Assembly: GCF_000143415.4 (NCBI RefSeq)
Contig: NW_003314384.1
Location: 1-64,000 of the forward strand
Length of the DNA: 64,000 nucleotides
Source of the DNA: Selaginella moellendorffii
Lineage: Eukaryota > Plantae > Lycopodiophyta
Reading direction: 5' to 3'
Part shown: positions 13,401-27,281 of the stretch, in pieces
Layout of the letters: each line of letters starts with the position of its first letter
How positions within the stretch are numbered: the first letter of the stretch is position 1
Notes under the pieces: generated by a model
What the model was told of the DNA's origin: nothing
Database searches by the model: none
The model's input: only the letters and a program-made list of their open reading frames with translations
Translations under genes and position numbers: made by a program

Positions 13401-14615
13401 CCGAAATGGACCCGAGATGGAGTTCGAGATGGACTAAGACAAGTCCGAGATAGAGTCCGAGATGGAGTCCGAGATGGAGTCCGAGAAGGACCCGAGATGG
13501 AGACCGAGACCGAGACCGGAACTGAGACCGAGACCGAGACCAAGGCTGAGACTGAGCCCGAGCCCGAGTCCGAGTCCGAGTTTGAGTCTGAGTCCGAGTC
13601 CGAGTCCGAGTCCGAGCCTGAGTCTGAGTTCGAGTCTAAGTGGGTGAAAGCCCAAAGCATTCGTCTCCCAGACCCTGGGGGGTTTGGTGAGCTCCAAAAG
13701 TATAGAAGGGGGAGGACTGCAGTGGAGCTAGTTTGGCCCAGGAAGGCTGTATCTAGTGTTGGGTGATGAGCTGCCCACTGGGAAGTCCAAAACTAGAGTG
13801 AACACGGACCGACAAGCAGGGTAGCTTGGTGAAGTGTTCAAGAGCCGGCTCTAGTTCCCCCGGGAGATCGACTGGCCAATGCTCCTAGTCCAAGTGTGGG
13901 TGGCACTACCTATTTGGATACCTGGCATGGCTCAATGGAACCTCACTCTAAGCCCATGGCTAGAGCACTTAAAGGCGGAAGGCGGGGAGACTACCCATGA
14001 GGCCTGCGTAGGGCCACGGTGTTCCGAAATGTTGTCCCAAAGTCCCAGACTGTGGAAAGGAAGAGGAGTAATCCTCTGGAGTAGAGACCAAGGATATAGT
14101 CGTGTGGCGAAGAAGTCCTAAAGGACTGTAGGACTTAGTGGTCGGGCCTGTGGGCCTTGATCTAGTGGCGGTGTTGGCGAATGCGGCCATGAGCAAACAG
14201 GGATTTGGTGGGGACCAGAAAAGGGATATTGGGGAAGGCTATTCCCCATGTCTGTGGGCATTCTAAGGATGCTAAGGAGTGGATCTGGAATGATCACTCA
14301 TGCACGGATGGCCCAGTGTTGGAGAGACAGGATTGCAATGCAGGTGGTGTTAGACCACCGATGTGACCAGGGTGAATGAGCGTGGCCTGGCATAATGGGT
14401 TCATATATCGATGGTACGTTGGGGTGTCGGTCATGGGATCGGACACGTGGAGCACTTGGACCAAGTGCAAAGGTTGAGTGGCATGGATGCCATTCTCGGG
14501 GCTAGCAAGCCCCAAGTCCTGAATGGGACTTATGGAGGTTGTGAATGAGACTCCTCCAAGTGGTCGGAGGTGTGGTTAAGCGAATAAAGTAGAATGGAAA
14601 AATTTGCCGCTTACA
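6820..14615 (+). mobile_element. Complete non-autonomous LTR retrotransposon, family A (5' LTR 6820-8867, 3' LTR 12913-14615)
   Basis: TG...CA LTR pair. Perfect TSD CTAAA (6815-6819, 14616-14620). PBS TGGTATCGGAGC at 8871 (tRNA-Met type). Purine-rich tract GGGTGGTGGAG before 12913. The 4-kb interior has no gag/pol ORF. Confidence 0.92.
7053..7892 (+). repeat. GAGTCCGAGATG / GACCCGAGATG minisatellite plus GAGACC/GAGTCC hexamer arrays inside family-A LTRs
   Basis: Directly visible tandem arrays, also at ~13146-13640, 20510-20941 and 35480-35895, with different copy numbers. Confidence 0.95.
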
Positions 14616-15544
14616 CTAAACTATACCTCAAGTGTGTTGGCCATATCTAACCTACCCACTATCTTTACTATACATTTGGAACCCCTTGTAATAGCTTGAG
14701 AAAGGATATCAACATTAGTTATAAAACTCCCCAAATGATAAATAACCTCAAAATTATATATCTAAAGCTTCAAATCCTATTATGTAGTACAAAATACCAA
14801 GTTCCTCTACTTCAATAATAAAATAACCACAACATGATTACCTTATAGTAATGTTTGAGAATTATGCAAGTATGCATGAAATTTCTTGAAACAACAAATA
14901 TCTGCTAAACACTCTTCTATTGTGCCTCTACTAGTTATAATGTACAACTAATATATGCAATGGTGCTAACCAAGAATACTCAAGCATTCTTGCATCAACA
15001 CACCTCCAAAATCGATATCAAAAGCATCAATGAGCAAAATGAAGTAGGTAGGATATGCTAAATTGAAGGAGTTGTTAACAGCTTTTTGAGATTTGTAAAG
15101 GCCTACTCACAATTCACAGACTAGATAAAAAACAATGTTAACAACTTTAATACGGTGTAATACAATCAAAAAGATAATCAACAAAATGATCAAAATATTG
15201 CATCTTATCTAACAAACGTTGCACATCATTCACACACTACAGAGTAGGGAACTTTAAAACTACCACAAATTTGTTAGGATCAACTTTCAAACCTTCATAA
15301 AAAATATAGTACCCAAGAGAAGTTTTATCATTAGACCCAAACACACACTTTGATTGCTTCAACTTCAAACAAACTTCTTGTAGATGATTCAACACCTTAT
15401 GAACATCATGGATGTTCTCCTACATCCCCTTTCAGTAAATCAAAACAACATTAATGAAGTTAATAGTTATTTGTAGGGGGTTCCAAATACTGGGCTGAGT
15501 ATGCTCAATAAGAAACACATAGGAGTTCCTACCTTATATTTATT

Positions 15545-15730
15545 TGGCATAAGTACATATATGATAACCAATTTCTCAACTAGCTTAGGTGGGGATTGAT
15601 AAAGGATCTAGCAATACCAACCTCCTATTATTGTGGTAGTAAGGAAAGAATATCCGAAAGGACTAACTGATAGGTAATTTTTGATACCCACAGTCACATT
15701 CGTGACACTCTCCCCCCCTTAGGGAAAATT
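15545..15730 (-). mobile_element. Inverted family-B 3' LTR start with polypurine tract (also ~37810-37990)
   Basis: The reverse complement reads ...AAGGGGGGGAGAG-TGTCACGAATGTGAC, matching 43696-43725. Confidence 0.75.
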
Positions 15731-16128
15731 AATATCCTTGTTAATACATACTCTTGTAGAACACTGCCAAGTAAAATCAATCACTAACTTTTCCTTTAGC
15801 AAGACTAGTATACCCAATGCAAAGCTCAACCCTTACTCGATAATCTTGTCTAGAATGTAACCTATAGCATGTAAAGTGATCACTACTACACCCCCTTTTA
15901 ACACACTTATGAGTGATTACAAATGTATAGGGTAAAATATGTTATTATACCTTCTAACATATGTTATACATTTAGATTAATCAAGTATAAATATATTTAA
16001 AAATTTAAAAATTTCTTAAACAGCTATCTTCTGGATATTTATAAATTATAAAAATGTTTACAGTTATAAACTTTCTTAAGCACCCATTCTTGCCATAAAT
16101 AATCATATTACCTTACTGTGCTGGGTTG

Positions 16129-16349
16129 NNNNNNNNNNNNNNNNNNNNNNNNNNNNNNNNNNNNNNNNNNNNNNNNNNNNNNNNNNNNNNNNNNNNNNNN
16201 NNNNNNNNNNNNNNNNNNNNNNNNNNNNNNNNNNNNNNNNNNNNNNNNNNNNNNNNNNNNNNNNNNNNNNNNNNNNNNNNNNNNNNNNNNNNNNNNNNNN
16301 NNNNNNNNNNNNNNNNNNNNNNNNNNNNNNNNNNNNNNNNNNNNNNNNN
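16129..16349. other. Assembly gap (N run)
   Basis: Run of N. Confidence 0.99.
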
Positions 16350-16494
16350 AGGAAATGAGTGGAACTTAAGGGCTTCGTGTCTTTATTATGTTAAATTGTT
16401 TATGAACTTATAGCAATGATGTTGGTGTAGGAGCTGGGCCTGGTGCTGATGCTGGTGATTCTGGTGCCAATGCTGGAGGTGTTGGTACTGGTAG

Positions 16495-17132
16495 TCACGA
16501 TAGGGATGGTGTTGGTGAAAGTGAAGGTGTTGGTGTTGGTGATAGTGGTGGTGGTTGTGTTCTAGGTGGAGTTCTTGGTCGTGGTGGTAGAGGCATTCTT
16601 GGTCGTGGTGGGGGTGGTCTTCTAGGTGGTGGTGGTGGTGGAGGACTTGGTGGTGGTGGAGGTGAACAAGCATTTGGAGTAAAATAATAGGGTCCACAAG
16701 TGAACTTATTATTTCCATTATTGATGCATGTTCTTAAGGATTGGCCACTTGATCCACCATTTATGTCTGTTAAGAAAGAACACCCTCGGGGTGCTCTACT
16801 CGTATCGACACTCACTCGGCAACTCTCAATATCTGTTCCAGTCTTCACTAATTTAAAGATATTAAAGTATCCTCTATTATTTGTAAATGATGAATCACTG
16901 TCTCTTGGACAAACCAGGTTTACCTTGGCATCTGAAAGATTTAACAAGATTAGAAAAATACAGAAGATAGATCAATTTTCTTACTGAAAATGCCACTCTG
17001 AGAAAGTGATCCACAATTAGTACAATAAATATAGCCTTCTACTTTGATACTTGTAGTGGCAGCACAAAAATTTTCATTTTTCAGAATGACTGCAAGTAAT
17101 AAAATTAAATAGAGAAATGTTTTGTTTTCCAT
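16495..17132 (-). CDS. Pollen Ole e 1 / extensin-like protein, copy 2 (exons 17132-16985 and 16931-16495)
   Basis: Translation identical to copy 1 in the ORF track. Confidence 0.9.
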
Positions 17133-19132
17133 ACTTACATGGTAATGTGAGGTAAAAGAATGCCCTTTTATAATCTGCACTGCATTAAGTCAAACATCTA
17201 AGGTACAACTAATCAAGACTTTTTTCAAATCCAAATATTCTTATTTATGTGATCTCATATTTCCTACTTTTGCTATGCCAATGATCTTAAACTTGGAATA
17301 ATAATAATAATAATACTCAAGAATCTTTGTATATTTTTCAAAATCTAAACTTTGCATCTAATATTGGTTCAAATAAATTAGATTAAAATGGTGTTTAACA
17401 CCTAGATTAAGAAAGAATATTCTCAAAATTGAGTGCTTAACTGCTACATGGAGGAAAACACACCTTAGTCGTTAATGCAAATCAGACTTTACTGCATACA
17501 AGTATCTAGGTATCTGGATAGGTGGTACATGTGTTAACATAAAGCATCCCACCTAGATCTCTATGATGTTCGGTGTGCCCCAAGTTTCCTAAGGTAAAAG
17601 TCTTGGTGCAGCTGTAAATCTCTTTTTAACCTTTAACCTTTATACTTTGAAATTATGGTCTAAAAGAATATTCTTAGAATAACCTTTAATTTTGTGTCAA
17701 ACGAAATAATATATTAAAGAAGATAGCTCACCTTGGTGCAACATGGCTGCCAAGCAATGGTTTCTTCATTCACCCACACTTTCTTGCAACGCTCAAGATA
17801 TAAGGTGCCTCTAGCAGCCAGATCATCATTGTGTCCTTGAATGTTATTTATGGAAATAGTGTGGATTTCCACACTAAAGATGCTACAATTGATCAAGTTT
17901 GGTCAACACCTCTTAGTCTAGTTATTTTCAACAGTTATATCTTCTTTCTATAAAAGCATAGATACCAGTGACAAATTTATTATTATTGAGTTTAATTTTA
18001 TGGTTGTGGAGAATCTCCAAGAAGAAAAAGATTTCTGTCTTCATCACTTTTGAAGGGGTTAATACCTTCAATCTAGAATTGAGCCCAGCAATGGCAAGAG
18101 AGTTTATATGGAGTGAACTAATCTAGGTTTGGGTTTGGCTTAAGATCACTTATCCTTAACCATATCTAAACTTAGATAATGAAAGGATAATCCAAGCACT
18201 TAGCCAAAAGCCATAAACATCACAAACACCTATTCCATTGCTTTGTTAATTTCTGGAGGATTGGTTTGTTAAATGTTATGCTAAACCTTATAAACTTACG
18301 ATCCAACTTTTTACAACACCCAATATAGTCCCTTCTATTGAGTAAGGAGCCCCTTAGATTGGGAATGTAATATTAGGAAAATAGACTAATACTAAGTCAT
18401 TCACTTCATACTCTGCAAATGGACAATGATGGGAGTTGTAGTGTCATTATTGTCCCACTTATGCACGGCTAAGTGTTTAGTAGACTCTTCTTGGATGAGT
18501 GGAATAATGCACATTATATACTAATATCAAGATTTAGCATCAGTAGCTCATGATAATCGTGAAGGTAAAATGCTTCCTTGTCTAAATCTTGAGTATAAAC
18601 TGACAACTATCAAGGCTTAGAAATCTTTCCCTAAATGTGCATTCTAGCCAATCCAAGCCTAGCTCCTATCCACCTAGATGATCCAAGAATTTCTCCTTGT
18701 TGACATTCCACTAGATATGTGCTAACTTAGTTGTCATTATAGATCTTACTTAGCCAATCTAACTCTTGGTAGTATTAGATTATGATCATATAAAACTTTA
18801 TATGGTGAAGCACTAATAAAACTCTATACCCTTGTGATATATGCATACTGAAGAAATAACAAATATTTTGCAATCATCCCTTTAAAGTTTTAAAGAAGCC
18901 ATTCTACCAAAGCCATTTGTTTGTGGATGATAAACACTTGTGAAAGTGTGAAGTATGGAGCAAGGGAGTGAAGGAATTGAAGTATAGAGCAATTCCCAAA
19001 CATACAGCCCAAGGAGTGAAGGGACAGGAGCACTGAGTGACCTTTGAATAGTCTTAGAACATCCAACATCCCAATGTTAGGATCGGCATCCGAAATGAAG
19101 CCAAATGGAGTTTGGTGCTATTTTAGCACATT

Positions 19133-20161
19133 TGTTGTGAATGTAACTTCGGGTATAAAAAGTTATATGTCGGCGAGTTCTTTCTGATATTCTTTCCTTA
19201 CTGCCATAACAGCAGGAGGTCGGTATTGCTGGACCCTTTATTAGTTTCCACCTAAGCTAGTTGAGAAACTAATCATCACATGTGCACTAAAACTAGAAGG
19301 GCACTAAAGAAGGAAATACTAAGTTGTCATTTGTCAAGCAGACTTGACACCATGATGAGAAACTCATGATGTTGACTTGCACTTGCTAGTGTTGGGAACC
19401 CATGTGATATTGAGCTTGGTCCCTCAATATTCGCTAAATGATAGCTTACCGTGTCTGCCAAACACCCTTGCTATCATACCTTTTGTGTTAGTCTCATTCT
19501 AGTCCTAAAAGCTATTTATGAAAAGTGTCTAGATTTGCTTATTTGGCATATTTACAAAATGTAAAGATTGTTCTGAACATAATAGTGTTCATCCCATGTC
19601 CAAATTCACAATTTAGGGACATTCCATATTTAATAAGTTTCAAGCTTGTCCCAGAGATTAACTCTTTGGTAGGTCAGGTATGGCTGACCAACCTGAGGCA
19701 TAGTTTAGCTCCCGCTTGCATGCCTGTCCTTGTTCTGCGTTGGGCTTGGAGCTCCACACCATGCTAGCTGGTGGAGTACCCATATCCTCACATTAGGCCA
19801 CTGGTATGTTGAAATAGCGCTAGACTCCATTTGTCTCCATTTTGCGTGTTGGTCTTGACATTGGGATGATGGTTGCTCTAGGATTGTTCCAAGCCGCTCC
19901 ATGCTCCTATCCTTTTGCTCCTTGGGTTATATACTCAGGAGTTGTTCCGTGCCCTAGTGCCATTGCTCCTTGGCTCCATACTTGGGAGTTTGGCACCATT
20001 CCTTCGTTCAGTGGCCCAAAGGCCCTGAAAGTCGGGTTCCACACCACTGTTCTTTCAACACGTGGCATGTGACACGTGGCACATAGTGGTTTAGGTTTCT
20101 CTTTGTGGTTATCCTGTGGTAAATCATTATAGAATAAAGGGTAAAAACCATAGATGTTATA
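19133..20161 (+). mobile_element. Solo LTR family B, paralog of 5676-6704
   Basis: Colinear with 5676-6704; TSD ACATT/ATATT. Confidence 0.7.
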
Positions 20162-20941
20162 ATATTGATGGCCTAACACGAGCATATGGGTACTCTACCA
20201 GTTAGTATGGTGTGGAACTTAGGCTTAGACCCAAGTTAGACACAAAATAAAGACAGGCACACAAATGGGAGCTAAATGTGAAACACAAAATCCCTAGGCC
20301 CCAAAGTGGAGCCGAAAAGGCACCACGTGGTAGTGGCCGAAGCGAAAGCCAAACGAGCGTAACACGTTTGAACTAAAAGCTCCGACTTGAAAAGGTCGAG
20401 AGTGGGAGTGGAACTCCCAACAAAGGGCTCGAGGAACAAGCACGGGGCGAGCCATGAGTGAGTCTCTAGAAAATGGGACACAAGAGGACCAAAACATGAC
20501 ACGTGGAAGTGTCCGAGATGGAGTCCGAGGTGGAGTCCGAGATGGAGTCCGAGATGGAGTCTGAGATGGAGTCCGAGGTGGAGTCCGAGGTGGACCCGAG
20601 ATGGACCCGAGGTGAGTCCGAGATGGACCCGAGGTGGAGTCCGAGATGGACCCGAGATGGAGTCTAAGATGGAGTCCGAGATGGACCCGAGATGGAGTCC
20701 GAGATGGACCTAAGATGGAGTTCGAGATGGAGTCCGAGATGGACCCGAGATGGACCCGAGATGGAGTCCGAGATGGACCGAGATAGAGTTCGAGATGGAG
20801 TCTGAGAAGGACCCGAGATGGAGACCGAGACTGAGACCGAGACCGAGACCGAGACCGGAACTGAGACCGAGACTGAGGCCAAGGCCGAGACCGAGCCCGA
20901 GTCTGAGTCCGAGTCTGAGTACGAGTCCAAGTCCAAGTCCG

Positions 20942-21272
20942 ACAAGCACGACTCCATTTGATAAACAACTTGGCCAACCTTACTTCATGCGTCGAACAGC
21001 TTTCAGGTAGCATACAATTTCTCAATTGTACTCAATTGTTTATATTCTATTATAGGTATCTTCAATATAGAGGCATTCCTCTCGAAACACCAGTATGCAC
21101 ATGACTTCTGAGGCATGGTGTGAGAGATGGAGGCATATACCCAACAACAATGAAGTTTCCAGCAGCAATAAAGCGCGCTTGTTCTTGGGAATTGGAGATG
21201 CCAGATTATGAACCAACACGAAAGCTCTATTTCGTTAAAGTGGGAATTGTCATTATCCCACTTGTAAAATAA
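20942..21272 (+). pseudogene. 3' fragment of ParB-like gene A
   Basis: STTPFDKQLGQPYFMRRTAFR plus the last exon, matching 57178-57508. Confidence 0.7.
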
Positions 21273-21663
21273 GGTTTCCAAACCTTTATATAGTATATAA
21301 ATATAACAAAATTCAACTGCATTGAGGCATATGCCATTTTATTTTAAACAAGGAAATGTCTACTCAATCACTTCTCCTCCCCCTGCCACTGCTTCACCTC
21401 TCTCTTCTCCTTGTCATCCTCATCCAATTTCTTTCCATCCTTTTAATATTGGCTCAGTTGCTCCGAGTCTAGGTGGAGCCCAAGTCCCCATTCAATCTTT
21501 ACTTTCCCCTTATTAATAAAACAACTTTGTAGACTTCCAATAACATGCTATAACACTTCTAGTATAATGCAAATCCTCTCAAAGAATTGTCTTTTAATAT
21601 TAATACAATGGCATGGAACCCCATGCCATAATAAGTTACATTTTTAAATAAATACATACCATC

Positions 21664-24600
21664 TCAGACTGTTATTTTTTGCCTCCAACACCTATACAAT
21701 AATCTTGGAATTTCATCACTCTCCACACTATCAGGATTTAAACCCAATAGTAATGCCATCTCTTCTCTAATACGTCTACGCTCATGTTCAGTGGTCGAAG
21801 AACCCATCCGGTTGAGCAGATTATGGAGATGCGGATAGTGTTTGGCTAGACAATATACATGCCATAAATGATGACTGGTGTCTGTCCGATCAAATGGCTT
21901 CTGATATACCGTTCCATCTGCCATTTGGTTGATTTCTGCAGCCACCTCCTAGACTGGCCGGTTCTCTATCACCATCGCTCCAAGCTGTTTTGCAAGGTCC
22001 CCCAGAACATACGGTTTCTTCTCCCTAGTTTCCATACTGCAAGAGATGGGGTGCACTGCATATGTGTGCGTGTTCGCTGCAGTTTTAATCGGCGAGTCAT
22101 CGATGATGAGGATTTCACTTGACCTAGCAGTCCGGTTCATCACTACAGCCTTTGGCTTGACGAAGATGGGCTTGCTACCCCTCACATGGACCATAGTCAA
22201 GCAATCCTCCTGCGTTAGGAGAAAGTCAAATGGTAATATTACTCGCGTCTGATCGTGCATCATCTGTAGCAACGTTAATGCATTGCGGCGCATCATGGAT
22301 GTCCAAACTCCCAATTGCAAATTGAACCCGGCCCTCTGTTTTAAGTGTCGCATGGTCATTATTAGATCTCGCAGTTTCTCCCGTGTGATTAATGTGAATC
22401 TGTCTCCTTTGACCAACTTGCGACCGCAGGCTTTGGAGGGTGCAGTGACATTCGAGGACGAGCCACGCTCATGGGAGAAAAGGACACCGTTCAGATAAAA
22501 AACGATACAGTACCTTCGCCGTGACTCTAAAATGAAATGCATCAGCATAAAAAATGGTACAAGTCAATTTTACCATCTACAATATTAGCGAATGGTGCTC
22601 CCGGTGGTCATTGAGAGGGTTTTGGTCGAGGAAACGTGAAGGGCGGAAATACTCTCCTCTGCAATGTGGGGTCAATCACATCCGATGGCGTGTGGGCACA
22701 TGCCACTTCAGTTGTAGACTCTGGTACAACTGGCTCAACAGTGGCATGGGGTGGTTCCGATGGCATGTGATCACACACCATTTCAGCTGGTGCCTCCGTT
22801 GGCAAAGTGGACATGACCGAACAGGCAGCAGGGGCGGTGTAGGGAGGTTCCAATGGCGCATAGTCAGACGATTGGGCACACGTTGAGTCCGTTGGAAATG
22901 AGGATACGACCGGCTCGGCGGCTGGGGCGGCCTCATACGGGTCCAATGGCGCCTGGTCACCGTCAGTTGGATACGTGGACAAGATTGACTCAGTGGTATG
23001 GGCAACATCAAGTGGAGCGTGGTCAGCTTGCTTGGCGTTGATATGGATAGTAGCCTCCACCAGCTCTAATGACTCTTGTAGGCAAGTAGAGTCCACTGGC
23101 GGATCCATATGCATGTCCAAATATCTCCCTTCGATTGAGATGGTATCCTCCCGTGCTACTAAAAACAAACTCATTAGCACATTGAATCGACTATACTGTA
23201 TTTACCATCAACTGCTATTGAGGAACTAGGACCGATATCACTTGGGCGCACTGCTGATTCTGAAGGATTGGACATACGTTTCGACCCTTGCTTGGCATTA
23301 TCCTTCCTCGACACTAAAGGCTAGAGTTTGTAAATTCAACTAAATAATCTCTACTTACCATTTGCTCTACGACCTACATGGACAATGTTAGAAATGGTAA
23401 AAGGTTAGGAATGGATGTACTATTATTTACCTGATGGTTTGTCTTGTATGACCTTCCTCTGCTGCTCTTTGGCCACCTCAGGCTGGCCATTGTCATTATC
23501 ATCGTCGTCGTCGTTATTGTGATCGTCACCATTGTGAGGACCATCCAAGTCCTCTTTGTCCTCCTCTTCTTCGTCCTCCTCTTCTTTGTCCTCCTCTTCG
23601 TCCTTCTGCTCTTCCTGCTCATTATCTTTCTCTGGCTCTTCATCCCCCTCCTGCATTTCTTCCATAGGCTACTCAGGCTGGATGGGTTGTTCTTCCAGGA
23701 CCATCTTGGGAAAATCATCTGGCCGAGTCTCCATCTCAAAATACAAGACATCCATAGCCTGTTTTAGTGCGTGACCTAGGACCGTATCCTCACCCGACTG
23801 TCTTAACATGGTTTCTGCACGTTCTTGCACCCTTCGAAGATGACAAGATGAGAAAAACGTGGCCCTGACTTGAAAAGCATCCCTCATCCATTGTACCTCT
23901 CCATTGAGATTGGGGAAGGGGAGTCCGCCATAGGAATCTGAGTCAGGAGGTGGTGACTGCCTACTTTCACTCAGCCCTTGATCTACAATGAATGGCATGA
24001 GCACACACGCCATAACCGCGAGGCATTACCTATCATCTTTTCGTTGCCCTTCTTCCTTTTTGAATCAAACACCTCTGATCCCGACGACTGTCCAACGTGC
24101 TTTCGCTTTTTATGACCACTGTCAGTTTGAGCTTGGCTGGTGCTTGCCTGTTTTGCCTTTGAAGAAGTGTCTCCTGCAAGGAATGGCATGAGACCACACG
24201 CCATTGCAAATATAATTTGTACCTCCTTTTTTCCTATTGCTTGTCTGTTTGTCCTTCTTCGACGCGCCACCAGTGCGCTTTTCAGTCCTCGTGTCTGAAT
24301 ATTCACAACGATCTATAATCAAAATGGCGTGAGGCCTCACGTGACCTTACTTTGTGCAGGTTGTGAGCTCGGCCCAACATGGGTATCTTCAACAGTAGCT
24401 GTTAACGCCGTTTCAGCATCTGGGGGTGGCCACGCTCCTGTATACAGAGCTTGTGAGATAACATTTAAACTTAAAGTGCGTACTCACCAGGTTCGCAGAG
24501 AAGATACTGTTTTTCTTTGGCAACTATAATTATATGCTCCATTGAAGTCACCTCTTCAATGGAGTTTGTCACCGCAACACACAGGACACCCTTGAGTAGT

Positions 24601-27281
24601 GCGGCTCGAAAGAATAGTCTGCCGTAGTTGTACTCGACAACGCATTTGCCCTTGGAGTCGGAAGCAGGTGACCCACCCGCTATTGCGTTGAAGACCCAGC
24701 TGAGCATTTCCCATGCTGCACCTGGAGCTTTCTTTGGATTCGAAAGCTCCATAGCCGTCTTCAGTTCCTCAGGCACGGGTAAATTGACCTCCCTCAGATC
24801 AATTCGATCGGCCTTGTCGAACGAAGCTGGGAAGTCACTCCAGTCCCACTCTGTTGCAGGACCAATAACAAGGGCGAGTGTGAAGATGGGGACATTCGTC
24901 GGTATCTTCTTCTTAGCCATTATCCCATGGATCTCCTGCATCTCCTTGCCTTTCAACCGAGCCTTCACCTCATTCAAGGCCTTCCAGAACTTGTGATAGG
25001 ATTCGGAGTCGTAGATCATATAGTGGACTGAAGATTCCACCTCCGCAAGTCCCACCATTAAGTCAATGATGGAGCTGACTTCGTCTGCATGAGTGATCTC
25101 CTCGTTTGTGAAGTCCATCACACAAAAGATGTTCTTGACCTGCTCATCTCCGTGGGAAACGATGCTCCTCCACCTTTGATCCTCATCCGAATTCAAGTAT
25201 ACCCGGTAAGGTTCTCGATAGGCCTCTGCTGTGGGGTTGAGCTGTTTCTGAAGCCGGCGGTCGACATCACTCTTAATGAAATTTGGATACTGATCCAACT
25301 TCTTAACTTTACTTTTCGTGGCATCCCGCAGCAGATCGATGAACTTGGGGGCCCCCTTCACGTACTCGTCGATGTCTTCATTTGACAAATCCAGTGCTTC
25401 CATCATCTCTTGCGTGGTGTCGATGCTCACCCTCTCCACGGCCACTTGCTCGAAGATCCAATCCTTCAATAGCGCACGAGCTCTTAGAGTCGTGCACAAG
25501 TCCTCATATGTCATAATATGGCCGGGAGTCATTTTGGTCTTGTTGAAGACTACCTCACCACGTAGAAGAGCATTAGCCACTGTCAGAAGGTCATCGTCGT
25601 CTAGAGACCGCGAGAAACGCAAGGCGTTGAGCTTCAAATCATTGGGCTTCCGGTCGTCCTCCACACCCATTGAGTTTAGTAAGTCCCCGTCATAGTACCT
25701 CCTCAGCACATCTACCCATTTGTCAAAAACAACTTTTGTCGCGAGTAGAATGTTATGGATGCTGAGTGTGTCATTGACCCCCAGTGTTTTCGAGAGAAGA
25801 CTCGAGAATTCCTGCAATGGAAATGGCGTGAGGCCACATGCTATGCCACATGCAACGAGGCTTACCTGCCAGGCACTAGTTGCTAGTGCACGTCCTTGTC
25901 CTGGTTTTTGTGGCTTCTTCAGTTGAACCTAGAGCTTCCGTGTTCGTGCCAATGTCTCGTGCAGACCCGATTTGTAGCACGTTTCTTGCTTGACATCTGC
26001 ACGTGGGAGATGTATATTATAGATCGGAGGGGCGAGCTGCCTTTTATCAGGCGGACAACTCTTGTCTTGAAGACTTTCTTCACCTCCTCGCCCACCATAA
26101 TATCCACAACTATCTCTTGCATCGCCAAGCTAGAATGCTGCCCGGAGACGGCATAGAACCGGATGTTTTGATCGTCCAACACCTTCCTATTGATCAAGTC
26201 TGGAAACCTCGTCTCGCCCTTCATTGTTCGGTAGTAGGGGATCACGTCTGCGATGTCGAGTGTTACTGGACTTGCCAGCATCTTCTGCTTCAATTTCTCC
26301 ACCCACTCATCAGATACTAGCCTGTGGTTGTATTTGCTTTGGATGTTGATACGGCTCACGTCGATTGTATATACTTTGTTGGAATAGTAACAAGTACTAT
26401 TATCTGCGACGATTTTTTCTGCCTCTTCTTGCTCTTTCTGCTGTTTGCGGCTTTTCTTTTTGGTGGGTGTAGTGTTCGAACCCGAGGCAATGGCATCACC
26501 GAGTAGCTTCTTTTTTGGAGGAGAGTCGACGTTGGCTTGAGCTTGACCACCATTTTCTGCTTCGGGGTAGTTTCCAGATCGACCCCCTTCCCCTTCGCTT
26601 CGCGAACTGGAGGCACTCTCAACGGCTCAATGTTGGAATATAGTTTTTGAACATCGCCGTAGGTGAGGTCTGTGGATTCCATGTGATCTTCATAGACCCG
26701 CAACGTCTTTGAAATTGTGGGCCTCCTGGATAACCTCTCTCTAGCTCCCTCTAGGAATTCCTCATAGCCGCTGCCCCCCTCCGGGAAGCCGCTAGGATGT
26801 GCAAGGTGGATCTTGAAGGCAGACGCTGTCTCTACCACAAGTGCCAGTCCATATTCTTGCATGGAACTGCATGGAGTGTCTGTCACTTGGATGAGGATCC
26901 CCATGCATTCTTTTCTCCCACCATCTGTGTTGTATAGCTTCAGATCCTCGCCTTCCATCCCGAAAGTCCAACTGGTGAGCTCCTCCCCCTTCTCTGCATC
27001 CACATTGACAGTGGCTGGAAGAAGAATGCAATTCCTCGCCTGTTCAGAAATGCACAACAATTAGAGCTGACAGATGAAAAGATAGCAGCTAGAAATAACG
27101 TGAGGCCACACGCCATTCACCACTGCATCAGATGTCTTGAGGCTGCATCCTAAGATGGCGTGAGGCTACATGCCATCTGTAACTGGACTGCACTCGAGAG
27201 CCCAATCGGTGCATGCCAATGTTGCTACTGAATGGCATGTGGCCTCATGCAATTTTCTACTTGGCCTAAAAGACTTACCAT
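21664..27281 (-). pseudogene. Multi-exon ParB-like / MTase-like / acidic / FCP1-HAD phosphatase gene, copy 1 (frameshifts and stops)
   Basis: Colinear with 57900-63511. Motifs FYAVSGQHS, VVEYNYGRLFFRAALLKG, VWTS, IIDDSPIK. HAD motif I mutated to FYLNG. Confidence 0.75.
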
